A stretch of 64,000 bases of DNA from an uncultured virus (IMG/VR IMGVR_UViG_3300035181_002953) (lineage: Duplodnaviria > Heunggongvirae > Uroviricota > Caudoviricetes): the IMG/VR virus record IMGVR_UViG_3300035181_002953, one strand, 5' to 3'. Below the pieces are notes generated by a model that worked only from the letters and a program-made list of their open reading frames with translations, ran no database searches and was not told the DNA's origin. Made by a program: the position numbers and the translations under genes. Positions 47,638 to 57,397 of the stretch are shown piece after piece. The first letter of the stretch is position 1. Each line of letters begins with the position of its first letter.

Positions 47638-49100
47638 TCCTCCGTCCACTCGAACGTGATGTCGAAGTTGTTACCCGCGCTCGTGATGCCGTTGAGGTTG
47701 ATCGCGAGTTGCTCGGCGACGCCGCGGAGCGCCACGGGCTGCGTCGTGCGGAGGGTCGCAAAGTCGATGACCCACAGCTCGGCGGCGCCGGCGGTGGTGG
47801 GGATCTGCACCTTCTTCACCTCGAGCGTACCGACCGCGGCACCGAGCGCCGTGGGGTTGACGGTGTAGCCGACCACGACGGCCGTGGCGGCGGCGTTGAG
47901 CGAGTCCCAGGGCACCGGCGTGGTCGGGACCGTCGTGCCGCCCGTGTCGGCCGTGGAGCGCTTGATAAGCATGATGTCGCGGGTGGCGCCGGTGGTCTGC
48001 GTTCCCGAGATGATGATGCGTTTCGGGTAGATGATCTTCGATGCGCTGCCCGTGATCCTCGCGATGTCCGTCGGCGTCGCCGGCGGCACGAGGCCCAGGA
48101 GCGAGGCGCTGTACGTGGGCGCGCCCGTAGGGCTCACCGCCACGACGACGCCCTTGTCCGTGTTCAGCGCAGGGGCCTTGATCGCGGCGACGTTCACACC
48201 GTCGGTGAGGCCCACGGGCATGACGCCGGCCGCGACCGCGCCGGACGTCGCCGTGCCGTTGACCTCGTTCAGTGCGATGGGCGCGTTCCCGAGGTTCGTC
48301 TGCGTCCCGAGGATGCCGAACGCCGTATTGATGTTCAGCGTCGTCGTCGCGGCGCCGCCGGTGTTCTGGAACGTCAGTTTGAAGTAGTTGCCGTTCGCGA
48401 CGAAGCTGCGCGAGAACCCCTGCCCGGCCGTGATCGCGAAGGACCACGAGGAGATCTTGCGCGTGCCGCCGGCGTCGATGTACTGGTTCAGGATCAGCGT
48501 GCCGGGCTGATCGCTCGTGAGCAGCACCGAGATGGCCTGCTCGTTGTAGATGGTCTCGATCGTGCCGGTGTACGTCGCGCCGGCGGCGAGCTGCGCCACG
48601 GAGCTGTTCAGGGTCGAGAGCGGGAAGTTGGTGCCGGCGAGCGAGACGGCGAGCCCCACCAGACCGGCGCCGTCGGCGAGCGTGCCGACCGGGGTGCCCG
48701 CCGTGTCGGTGAGCTTGGTCGCGCCGGCCTTGCCCACGAGCGTCGCATAGACGCCGCCGAAGCTCGCGCCGGCGCTGACGGCCCACGAGACCTTGACGTT
48801 GCCGCCGTAGGCGGACTCGAGCGAGATGCGCTGGATGCCGCCGGAGATGACCGTGGTCGTCGCCACGGGGCCGATCGGCGTCGTGCCGTCGCCCGGGTCG
48901 ACTTCCTGGATCGTCAGCTGCAGCGTCGGGGCGATGCCAGTCGGCGCCGCCTTGACGTTGACGAAGAGGCTGATCTCCGAAACGCCGTAGCCGGAGAAGA
49001 TCGCAGAGCCGTTGGCGTTGAGCGTGGCGTTCGCGTGGACCGCTTGCTGGTTCGGGTCCTGGAAGACCGGGAACGGCGCGCCGGGGAAGACAGGGGACAT
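47634..49100 (-). CDS. putative tail/fibre structural protein
   Basis: Thr/Gly/Ala-rich beta-sandwich-like sequence ending FEWTEE. Confidence 0.6.
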   Translation of the reverse strand: MSPVFPGAPFPVFQDPNQQAVHANATLNANGSAIFSGYGVSEISLFVNVKAAPTGIAPTLQLTIQEVDPGDGTTPIGPVATTTVISGGIQRISLESAYGGNVKVSWAVSAGASFGGVYATLVGKAGATKLTDTAGTPVGTLADGAGLVGLAVSLAGTNFPLSTLNSSVAQLAAGATYTGTIETIYNEQAISVLLTSDQPGTLILNQYIDAGGTRKISSWSFAITAGQGFSRSFVANGNYFKLTFQNTGGAATTTLNINTAFGILGTQTNLGNAPIALNEVNGTATSGAVAAGVMPVGLTDGVNVAAIKAPALNTDKGVVVAVSPTGAPTYSASLLGLVPPATPTDIARITGSASKIIYPKRIIISGTQTTGATRDIMLIKRSTADTGGTTVPTTPVPWDSLNAAATAVVVGYTVNPTALGAAVGTLEVKKVQIPTTAGAAELWVIDFATLRTTQPVALRGVAEQLAINLNGITSAGNNFDITFEWTEE

Positions 49101-49579
49101 CAGACGTTCCTCGTGTAGGCGGCGGACGTGACGGTCGAGCCGGCGTACGTGTAGACGATGGTGAGCTGTCCGGTCACGGTGACTCCGTCGGCGGCGTATA
49201 CGGTGCGCACCTCTTGGCTGAGCTTGCCGCTCGTGTACGTGTAGAGGACCTTCCTGATCAGCGGGGTGCCGATGCCCGTGCTGTTCCACGTCTCTTGCGT
49301 GATGCGCCCGCTCGCGAAGACGTTCGCGTACGTGCACGTCGAGACGGGCTCGGTCGCGAGCGCGAGGTTGATCGCCGAGGCGCCGTTCGCGTTCAGGTAG
49401 GCGAGGGTGACGAGATCCTGCGCCGCAGCGGGGTCGAGCCCGCGCACGATGACGAAGGCGCTGTCAGCCGCGTTCCGCGCATCGAACGCGCCGCCGTTCG
49501 CCTTCCAGGCCGGCCCATTGGGGCCGCCGACCTGGAAGAACGACGATACGACGCCTGCGATGCGCGAAAAGAAGCTCAC
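49100..49579 (-). CDS. putative structural protein, paralog of the next gene
   Basis: N-terminus MSFFSRIAG..FFQVGGPNGP..ARNAADSA shared with 49584-50117. Confidence 0.65.
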   Translation of the reverse strand: MSFFSRIAGVVSSFFQVGGPNGPAWKANGGAFDARNAADSAFVIVRGLDPAAAQDLVTLAYLNANGASAINLALATEPVSTCTYANVFASGRITQETWNSTGIGTPLIRKVLYTYTSGKLSQEVRTVYAADGVTVTGQLTIVYTYAGSTVTSAAYTRNV

Positions 49580-49583
49580 GGGA

Positions 49584-50117
49584 TCAGCTCAGGGGGAGGG
49601 TGTACTGGATGTTGACACTGCCGGCGCCGGCGACGGGCGCCCCGCCGATCGTGATAAGAAGCGCAAGGGGCGCTGCGCCCCATGCGGTGCGCTGGGGCGC
49701 GTCGTACTCGTTGGCGAGCTGCGGCACGTTGTCGGTGGTCGCCTGCAGCAGGTTGACCGTACCGGTCTGGCCGACGGCGATGGTCGCGCCGGCGGTGTAC
49801 GGCGTGGTCACATTGACATCGGCGCGCAGGATGATGGCGTTGGCGGGGATGGTGGCGACCGAAGAGGTCGTCGCTGCGGTACCGATGGCGACGTCGACGT
49901 CGATGACGGCGCCCGGCGGGACCGCGGCGTCGACGTACGCCTTCGTCGTGAGGTCCGTAGCGCCAACGGGCGGCGCGCCGCGAACGACGGCCATGGCCGA
50001 GTTGGCCGCGTTGCGCGCTTCGATGGCGCCCGCATTGTTGTTCAGACCGGGGCCGTTGGGGCCGCCGATCTGGAAGAAGTTGGCAATATTGCCTGCGATT
50101 CGGCTGAAAAAGGACAT
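49584..50117 (-). CDS. putative structural protein (DLTTKAYVD fibre-type motif)
   Basis: TTKAYVD motif is typical of tail fibres. Confidence 0.65.
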   Translation of the reverse strand: MSFFSRIAGNIANFFQIGGPNGPGLNNNAGAIEARNAANSAMAVVRGAPPVGATDLTTKAYVDAAVPPGAVIDVDVAIGTAATTSSVATIPANAIILRADVNVTTPYTAGATIAVGQTGTVNLLQATTDNVPQLANEYDAPQRTAWGAAPLALLITIGGAPVAGAGSVNIQYTLPLS

Positions 50118-50154
50118 GGGCTAGGAGCTCCGTTCGGGGGAACGTGGCGGGTGG

Positions 50155-50571
50155 TCAGTAGAATCGCATCACGGCGTACCCAGCCCCCTGAGTGCTCGCG
50201 CCGGGCGAGACGGTGATGATTATGTCGCCCGTCGTCGGGACGATGATGAGCTCGTTCGATCCGAACATCGCGACGACGCCGGGCACCGGGTCGAGGAAGA
50301 GGTCCGGCGCGTATGTCATGCCGAGCCCGATCGTCGCGCCCGGGTCGTCGAACGCCTGCGTGATCACGATCGCGGCCACCTGCGCAGTCGCTCCGGCATT
50401 GATATGCCCGAGGCCCACGACGGTGTCCGTGTAGGTGAAGGAAACACGCTGCGCGTCGTTGATGACTCCGGTGCGCAAGATAGTCCTGATTCTAGACGGT
50501 TTATGGTTCGCGTGTCGAGGCGAGTTCCCAGCGGACGCGCCCATCGCGTCCGCTGGTCGCGTCGCGCGCAT
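50155..50571 (-). CDS. putative structural protein
   Basis: C-terminal domain similar to that of 49584-50117 (ITQAFD..ATIGLG..GAG). Confidence 0.55.
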   Translation of the reverse strand: MRATRPADAMGASAGNSPRHANHKPSRIRTILRTGVINDAQRVSFTYTDTVVGLGHINAGATAQVAAIVITQAFDDPGATIGLGMTYAPDLFLDPVPGVVAMFGSNELIIVPTTGDIIITVSPGASTQGAGYAVMRFY

Positions 50572-50573
50572 CG

Positions 50574-51869
50574 TCAGATGCGGACGGTCACGTTCCACGG
50601 GTTCGGGCCCGTGAGCGGCTGGAACTGGAGCATGTCGATCGTGAGCTGCGTCGGCGAGATGAACTTGATGTTCGTGGGGATCACGACATCCTCGCCGTCG
50701 TCCGAGACCGTCACGAAGACGCGGAGCTGCCCGAGGTTGTGGTTGACCGTCAGGATGCCCGCGACGAGGTCGCCGTCGACGAAGGGCAGCGTGAAGGGCT
50801 TCAGCGCATCGACGGCCTGCTGCGTCGTCGGACCCGCGACGCCGGGCGTCTGAACGATGGTCGGCGAGACGGTCGTGTCCGAGTAGCCGACGCCCTGCGC
50901 GATGTCGATGAGGCGGTAGCTGTAGCCGGGCGACGACGCGAACGGCATCGGCACCGACGCGTCGAACAGGTAGGCGATGCTCGCTCCGGCCACCAGCAGG
51001 ACGCCCTGCGTGGTGATGGTCGAGTCGCGCGTGCCGACGACCGTGAGCGTGCCGACGGAGCAGACGAGAGCCGCGGAAGCGCGCGTACCGTCGATCGTCG
51101 ATTCCTGGTCGACGAAGACCGTTGCCGAACCGCCTTCGCCAGCGTTGAGCTGCAGGATGCCGTTGGTACCGGCGGATCCCTCGAGCGGCTTGATGAAGCA
51201 GTTCTCGATCCGCATGTACCCGCCAAGCACGAACGGCGCGGTGTTCGCGGCCGGGAGCGTCGGCGTGATGGTCAGATCTTGGAGTAGCGCGATGTGCGTG
51301 AGCACAGCGCCGTCCTGGATGTCGAGGGTCGCGCGGGACAGCCCGGAGTTTCGCGCTCCGATGAGCCGCGTCATGTGCTTGCCGTCGAGCACGGCCGTGT
51401 TCGGGATCGTGGCGAGAGCGAGCGGGCTCGAGTTGATCTGCACCTCGGCCGCGCCGTGAACCGCGTTGACGGCGGCCTCGACCTCGGGCCACGTCTTGTA
51501 GACGTTGTCGACCGAAGCGACGACGCTCGGATCCCAGACGATTTCCTGGAAGAGCTGCGGCGGAACGACTGCGAGCGCCGTGATCTCGACCCACAGACCG
51601 ACACCGCTCTGCGTCGCGATGAGCGACGTGCCGTTCGCGGGTCGCGCGTCGTACGTGTCGAGCACGAAGACCTTCGTGTCGACGCCGCTGTTGAGCACGA
51701 CGGCGACGGTGCCGTCTGCGAGCGGGTGCGCAGGGTCCGCGTCGTTGATCTGCGTCGTCAGGCCGGCCGAGGGGCCGAAGACGACGTAGGGGTACGCCGG
51801 GTTGAACGCTTCGGTGCCGCCGGGCGCCCGGTTGTCATAGGAAGGCTTGAATAGTTCGCCGCTATACAT
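50574..51869 (-). CDS. tail fibre/spike-like protein, paralog 1
   Basis: LADGTVAVV..W N-module, TWPEVEAAVN module, C-terminal VNHNLG module. Confidence 0.65.
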   Translation of the reverse strand: MYSGELFKPSYDNRAPGGTEAFNPAYPYVVFGPSAGLTTQINDADPAHPLADGTVAVVLNSGVDTKVFVLDTYDARPANGTSLIATQSGVGLWVEITALAVVPPQLFQEIVWDPSVVASVDNVYKTWPEVEAAVNAVHGAAEVQINSSPLALATIPNTAVLDGKHMTRLIGARNSGLSRATLDIQDGAVLTHIALLQDLTITPTLPAANTAPFVLGGYMRIENCFIKPLEGSAGTNGILQLNAGEGGSATVFVDQESTIDGTRASAALVCSVGTLTVVGTRDSTITTQGVLLVAGASIAYLFDASVPMPFASSPGYSYRLIDIAQGVGYSDTTVSPTIVQTPGVAGPTTQQAVDALKPFTLPFVDGDLVAGILTVNHNLGQLRVFVTVSDDGEDVVIPTNIKFISPTQLTIDMLQFQPLTGPNPWNVTVRI

Positions 51870-52018
51870 GGGAGCGCCTCACTTCTCTTTTTCGGGGTGG
51901 TCGATCGGGGACAGAAAGGGCATCGCTCGCAACCGCTGCGCCCCGAGGGGCACAACGCGAGAGTCACGCCGCCCCGAGGGGCGACATGCGCAAGTAGCGA
52001 CGCCCTTACTGGCCGCGA

Positions 52019-53020
52019 TCATCGAACGCGTCCTCCGACGGAGCACGCGAGCTCGAGCATCGTCGGCCGCTGGGCCAGCGACACGTCGTTTGCGGGGAAC
52101 GACCCGGGGAACGCCGGGTTCGTGCCCATGGGGTAGCCCTTGGGGCGCACGTAGACCGGCTCGCTCCAAGGTCCGGAGACCCAGCGCTTGGTCGTGGCAT
52201 CCCAGAAGGCGTACCGGAACGCGAAGATGCCGACCGGCTTGCCGCCCTTGTAGCCAGGGGGGCGCTTCGCGCCGAGGTTCTTCTTGTTCGTGAACGAGAG
52301 GGTCTTGACGGTCGCGCCCGTCGCGATGTCCGTGAGCGTCACGACCTGCGACCAGGGCGCGAAGACGTCGCCGACGGTCACCGTGATGCCGCCGCCGACG
52401 CCGAGGCCCGCCACGGGCCACTCGCTCGGACGGTTCACAGCAGCTCCACCAGGGACGTTCTGGTTGCCGCCGCGCGTGCCGCCCGATCCGGATCCGCCGG
52501 TGCCGGCGATGTACGGGCTCGGGTGATAGAAGCCTTGCGGCATGACGATCGTGCCGGTCTTCCGCGTCTTCTTTTTCCGCTTCGAGGCGTACCGGCCGAG
52601 CTCGATCTGGCACTTGTAGGTCGGGTCCGTCCGAAGAAGCTCGGGCAGCCCATCAATCGAGAGAAGGATGGATCCGTAGCAATCGACGGCGTCGCCCTGA
52701 CGCGTGAGACCCGGCTTCACGGTGCCAATGTTGGTCTGCCGAACGCGGGGCGTGCCGAGTGCGATGCCGGAGACGAGGGACGGGACCGGCGCGTTCCAGC
52801 GACCGGTCCCGCTCTTCGTGGGGATGCAGTACGGGCCGACGGGCTCCGTACTCGACTTGTGAAGAACCCACACGACCTGCGTGTCGAGCGCGACCGCGAG
52901 CGCGCCATCGGACGACAGAGCCGTGTCGTCGATGGTGCTCGTGATCGCGGCCGAGTCGGCGGCCGGCATACAGTACGCCGGGACGCCGCTCTCCGCGTTG
53001 GTCAAGGGGCCCGTTCGCAT
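52019..53020 (-). CDS. tail-associated-like protein sharing the N-module
   Basis: DGALAVA..VWVL..KSGTGRW. Confidence 0.6.
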   Translation of the reverse strand: MRTGPLTNAESGVPAYCMPAADSAAITSTIDDTALSSDGALAVALDTQVVWVLHKSSTEPVGPYCIPTKSGTGRWNAPVPSLVSGIALGTPRVRQTNIGTVKPGLTRQGDAVDCYGSILLSIDGLPELLRTDPTYKCQIELGRYASKRKKKTRKTGTIVMPQGFYHPSPYIAGTGGSGSGGTRGGNQNVPGGAAVNRPSEWPVAGLGVGGGITVTVGDVFAPWSQVVTLTDIATGATVKTLSFTNKKNLGAKRPPGYKGGKPVGIFAFRYAFWDATTKRWVSGPWSEPVYVRPKGYPMGTNPAFPGSFPANDVSLAQRPTMLELACSVGGRVR

Positions 53021-53021
53021 T

Positions 53022-54323
53022 TCAGATGCGGACGGTGATCGTGCCGGTGAGACCGGCGGTGTAGCTCGCGAAGTCGACGTCCGTCTGGTTCGCCGACACG
53101 GCCGTGACGTTGTCCGGGAGGACCATCTTCGGCGGCACGCTGTTGTCGTAGACGGCCACGAACATGAACTCCTGGCCCTTGTTGTGGATGACGCTGACGA
53201 CCGGCCCCGGGCCCACGGGGAACGTGAACGGCTGGTTGAAGGGCTTCAGAACGTCGAGCGCCTGCTGCACTTCCTTGCCGCCGAGCGGCGTGGTCGCGAC
53301 GATCGCGGGCGCGACGAGCGTGTCGTCGAACTTCACGCGGGCCGCGGTGTCGATCCAGTTGTAGCTGACCGTGCCCGCCTGCGCCGCGAGCGTCGGGAAG
53401 TTGACGGACGCGTCGTTCAGCAGGAACACGGCCGTCCCGGCGGGCGCGCGGACGCTCTGGTCGCCGAGCGACGACTGCGTGGTCGAGACGATCGTGACGG
53501 ACGCGGTGCCAGCGCCCGCCTCGAACGCGACGCACGCTGCGGGCTCGACGCCGGTGCCGGCGATGAGGCTGCTCTCGTCGTTCTGAACGAGCAGGCGGGT
53601 GGTCTGGACGGCCATCGCGCCCTGGTTGCTGCCCGCGGTCGGCTGAATGATCGAGCGCTGCAGGTGGAGCGTCTGCGGCTGCGCGACCGTGCCGAGGTTG
53701 AACACGAGGGGCGCCAGGCCGGGAGCCGTGATGCTCGACTCGAAGCTCAGATTCTCGAGGCTCTTGAAGTTCTTCACCTGGCCGCCCGGGGCGATGGTGA
53801 CCTGCGTGAGGACGCCCGTGGCCGAGACGAACGAGAGGCGACCCTTGCCGTCGAGCGTCGACGTCGCGGGGATGGGTGCGGGGAACGTGATCGACGTATC
53901 GATCGCGACCTCCATGTCACCGTTCGCGTAGTTGACAGCAGTCTCGACCTCGGGCCACGTCGCGACGATGTTGCTGTTCGGAACGGTGACGCCGCCCGGC
54001 TGCCAGATGATGGCGGCCTGCGGGAGCGCGACCGAAATGCTCTGCGCCGAGATCAGGATCCAGTTGCCGGCGCTGAAGGCGGCGACGATGGTCGAGCCGT
54101 CCGGCACCGCGGTGCTCACGGTGTCGAGCGCCCAGATCTCCTTCGGGCCGCGGAAGGTGTTCACGACGGCGAGCGTGCCGTCGGCCAGCGGGCTGTAGGG
54201 ATCGTTGTCGACGATCGCGGACAGCGCGGCTGCCGTGGCGACAACGTACTGGAAGGCCGTGATGTAACCGAGCGCGCCGACGCGACCGGTTGCCTGCGTG
54301 AGAAAAAGAGGTCCGCTGTGCAT
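53022..54323 (-). CDS. tail fibre/spike-like protein, paralog 2
   Basis: LADGTLAVV, TWPEVETAVN, VQQALDVLKPF, IHNKG modules. Confidence 0.65.
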   Translation of the reverse strand: MHSGPLFLTQATGRVGALGYITAFQYVVATAAALSAIVDNDPYSPLADGTLAVVNTFRGPKEIWALDTVSTAVPDGSTIVAAFSAGNWILISAQSISVALPQAAIIWQPGGVTVPNSNIVATWPEVETAVNYANGDMEVAIDTSITFPAPIPATSTLDGKGRLSFVSATGVLTQVTIAPGGQVKNFKSLENLSFESSITAPGLAPLVFNLGTVAQPQTLHLQRSIIQPTAGSNQGAMAVQTTRLLVQNDESSLIAGTGVEPAACVAFEAGAGTASVTIVSTTQSSLGDQSVRAPAGTAVFLLNDASVNFPTLAAQAGTVSYNWIDTAARVKFDDTLVAPAIVATTPLGGKEVQQALDVLKPFNQPFTFPVGPGPVVSVIHNKGQEFMFVAVYDNSVPPKMVLPDNVTAVSANQTDVDFASYTAGLTGTITVRI

Positions 54324-54369
54324 GATGTAACTCCGTGATGGGGGGGTGGGGGCGAGGGGGGGTGCTACG

Positions 54370-56148
54370 TCAGCGGCGGATCGCGACGGTCCAGTTGGCG
54401 AAGGCGCCGAAGCTCGAGAGGTTCACGGTCACGTTCTTCTGGTTCACGCAGATGACCTCGTCAGGGATCTGCTCCTTGCCGAGGTCGTCGAACACGCGGA
54501 CGTGGACCCACCGCGTCGAGAGGCCGTGCGAGATCGTGAAGCTCGAGGGGCCGAGGGCCGTGAGAGACTGCACGAACGTCCCCTCGACCAGGAACGTCGG
54601 GACGGCGCCGGCGAGGATCGCGCCGCCGGGCACCCCCGGCTGGTCGTAGTCGAGCGATGCCTCACCATCGAGGCTGATGCGCCCCGACGCCGTGGGCGAG
54701 TACGCGAGCGTCTTGCCGAGGATCTGCGCGTAGTCGTAGGCCTCGATGTCGAGGTTCGCGCCCGGGCCTGCCGCGACCACGAAGCCGGACCCGAGCGTGG
54801 CGTGGTCGTGCAGCGTCACGCGGACGCTCGCGCCCGGCGCCACGGTCAGCAGCGGCGCGGTACCGAGATTCTGGAGGCCGCCGTTGCCCGTGAAGCGGTA
54901 GTCGTTCGTGAAGCTGCCCGTCGTCAGGATGGGCGCGCCCGTCGAGTGACCCCGGACGTAGATGTCCTCGAAGTCGAAGAACCCGCTCAGGTTCACGTTG
55001 TCGGCGCAGTCGAGGATCGTGACGCCGGTGCCGAAGTAGCGGGTCCCGAAGACCGCCGTGGGGCCGCCCGTGGCGTAGACGCCCGCGGGAATCTGAACGG
55101 CGCCGGGCGTCGGCGAGAGCGAGGCGTCGACCCAGATGACACGCGGCCCCTTCTGCGCCTGGTTCGCCGCCGCGCAGAGCGACGCGAGGTCCGCGAACAC
55201 GCGCCCCGTGGGGTTCGGCGTGCCGGGGGCGAGGACGAAGACCTCGGCGCGGCCCACGAGGTTCGCAAGGGCCGCCTGCGCCTCGGGCTGCGCGCCAGCG
55301 AACCAACTCGGCTGGTTCCAGAGGTTCGCGATCGGGTTCGGATCGATCGAGAGGAGCTCGGCGATGTCCTGCCGCTGGATGATGAAGTTCGACGCGGGGA
55401 CGATGTTCTGATTTCGGCCGATCTGCGCCGACGTCGAGACGGTGTTGACGATGACCTGCCCACCGCCCGTGAACACCTGGTCGTCGACGTTGCTCGTCTC
55501 GCCCGCGACCACCACCGTGAAGCTGCCCGCGTCCGCCTGAACGACGGGCAGGCCAGCGTTTCGGAGGCCGCCGCCGAGCTCGGCGACGATGAAGAGCTGG
55601 CCGCCTGCCGGGTTGTGGAAGAACGGCGCGCCGGCCGTCGCATCCGTCGCGAACGACGCGCCCTTCGAGGCGAAGATCAGGTTGTTGAACGGCCCAACGG
55701 GCGCCGTGAACACCGGCTGCGAGCTCTTGCTCAGTAGAACGATCTGCTGCGTGACCGTGCCGATGGCCGTGAAGACGGCTCCGTCGAGCACGTCCACCAC
55801 GATCGGATTGTTCGTGATCTCGTAGCCGGACAGGATCATCTGCGAGGTGTCGAACGACCCCGCGGTGATGACCGGCTGGCCCAGGCTGTCATCGATGATG
55901 AGCAGGCAGAACTCGCCGAGCGAGTGCGCCGCCGCGTAGGCCGAGGCCCACGTCGGGTAGATGTTCCCGATCTGCCCCGGGATGCCCTCCCGGTACACCA
56001 CGACGTTCGTGGCTCCGCCGGGCGGGATGATGACCTTCTTCTGGAGGAGACGACAGATCTCGTAGAGAAGGTCGTACAGCGGCACGCCAGGCCCGCCGAT
56101 AGTGGCCCCCGTACGGAAGAGTTGGGGAAACGGGTTCGGCGCTGCCAT
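54370..56148 (-). CDS. tail fibre/spike-like protein, paralog 3 (duplicated central module)
   Basis: YPTWASAYAAA and VFADLASLCAAA modules; C-terminal ISHGLS module. Confidence 0.65.
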   Translation of the reverse strand: MAAPNPFPQLFRTGATIGGPGVPLYDLLYEICRLLQKKVIIPPGGATNVVVYREGIPGQIGNIYPTWASAYAAAHSLGEFCLLIIDDSLGQPVITAGSFDTSQMILSGYEITNNPIVVDVLDGAVFTAIGTVTQQIVLLSKSSQPVFTAPVGPFNNLIFASKGASFATDATAGAPFFHNPAGGQLFIVAELGGGLRNAGLPVVQADAGSFTVVVAGETSNVDDQVFTGGGQVIVNTVSTSAQIGRNQNIVPASNFIIQRQDIAELLSIDPNPIANLWNQPSWFAGAQPEAQAALANLVGRAEVFVLAPGTPNPTGRVFADLASLCAAANQAQKGPRVIWVDASLSPTPGAVQIPAGVYATGGPTAVFGTRYFGTGVTILDCADNVNLSGFFDFEDIYVRGHSTGAPILTTGSFTNDYRFTGNGGLQNLGTAPLLTVAPGASVRVTLHDHATLGSGFVVAAGPGANLDIEAYDYAQILGKTLAYSPTASGRISLDGEASLDYDQPGVPGGAILAGAVPTFLVEGTFVQSLTALGPSSFTISHGLSTRWVHVRVFDDLGKEQIPDEVICVNQKNVTVNLSSFGAFANWTVAIRR

Positions 56149-57397
56149 TTTGTGCAGCGTACACCCAAAGTGGCACAGCTTCTAACGGTTTAGGACTCAT
56201 CACCCCCTTCGTCGCGTTGCGACTAAACAGAGTTTTCGTGCGGATATACCCCTGCGCCACCTTCGGATCCTTGTGACCGGTCTGTGCCATGATCTGCGTG
56301 AGATCGGCACCGCTCTCGTGCGCCTGCGTGGCGAACCCGGCGCGCAGGCTGTGGCCGGACACCTTCGTCGGGTCGAGCCCCGCGCGCTCGGCGAGGTCCT
56401 TGACCAGGCGGGCGACGTACCGGTCGGAGAGGCGAGTCCCCGGCACGAGGCCGTCCTTGGTCGCGTTGAGGCGCGGGAAAAGGGGCAGCTCGGATCCGAT
56501 GTGCCCGAGGTCCGCCAGCGCTGCAATCCATGCGCGGAGGGACTCGACGCAGCACACGGGGCCGCCGGTCGGCTCGATGCCCTTCTCGAAGCCCTCGCCC
56601 ACCTGGTCGGTCTTGCTGCGGCGCAGGGTGAGGATGATGCGGTCGCCCGCGATGAAGCGCACGTCGGCGAGGTTCAGCCTGACGACTTCGCCGCGCCGGA
56701 AGGCGCCGAACCACGTGGTCAGTGCGAGCGCCCGCTTCTCGGTGGCGGCAAGGCCGTCGCCCTGGAGGACGGCGAGCATCTTCTCGAGGTCGTCGGCTAG
56801 GATCGGGTTCTTCTTGTCCGGGCGGACGCCGAGGCGCCGGCGGATGCTCTCCTTCGCCTCGACGAGCTCGCGCGCCGTCTTGTCGAGGCTGTGGCCGGCG
56901 ATCAGGTTGTGCCGGGCCACGGCGGCCGTCACCTGCTCGATCGTCGAGACCTTTTTCCCCTCGGCGGCGAGGTGCGTGATGTAGCCGGCGAGCACCAGCG
57001 GCGGCGTCGGGAGCGTCGGGAGGTCGCGCGACTCGGCCCAGGCGCAGAACCCCTTCCAGGCTCGGGCGTAGGCCTTGACCGTGTTATCAGCTCGAGAGCT
57101 TCCCACGTAGTCGGCGACGCGCTCGGCGATCTTCCGGTGCTCGATGGCCATCTCGGCCGCGCGCGTGGCGAGCGCATCGGCCGGCCGCTCGTTTCTCAGG
57201 AAGTGCCCGCACGCCTGGCACATCGCCATGTCGTCGTTCGGCCGCGGCACCGGGCACTCGCAGACGATCGTGGCCTGTTTCGTCCAGTCCCCCAGGACCC
57301 GGCCGCAACTGCACCCGCCGCGCACCGGGTCGATGATCCGGTGCGTTTCGTGTCCCTTCCGTGCGATCGGTGCGGTGGGGTCCGGAGCTGCCATCAC
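55889..57397 (-). CDS. Cre-like tyrosine recombinase
   Basis: ADNTVKAY..W..FCAW N-domain; catalytic R (AFRRGE), K (RSKTDQ), HxxR (GHSLRAG), H (QTGH), Y (QGYIR). The last ~100 codons overlap the next gene, so the true end may be near 56190. Confidence 0.9.
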   Translation of the reverse strand: MMAAPDPTAPIARKGHETHRIIDPVRGGCSCGRVLGDWTKQATIVCECPVPRPNDDMAMCQACGHFLRNERPADALATRAAEMAIEHRKIAERVADYVGSSRADNTVKAYARAWKGFCAWAESRDLPTLPTPPLVLAGYITHLAAEGKKVSTIEQVTAAVARHNLIAGHSLDKTARELVEAKESIRRRLGVRPDKKNPILADDLEKMLAVLQGDGLAATEKRALALTTWFGAFRRGEVVRLNLADVRFIAGDRIILTLRRSKTDQVGEGFEKGIEPTGGPVCCVESLRAWIAALADLGHIGSELPLFPRLNATKDGLVPGTRLSDRYVARLVKDLAERAGLDPTKVSGHSLRAGFATQAHESGADLTQIMAQTGHKDPKVAQGYIRTKTLFSRNATKGVMSPKPLEAVPLWVYAAQNGSAEPVSPTLPYGGHYRRAWRAAVRPSLRDLSSPPEEGHHPARRSHERRGVPGGHPGADREHLPDVGLGLRGGALARRVLPAHHR

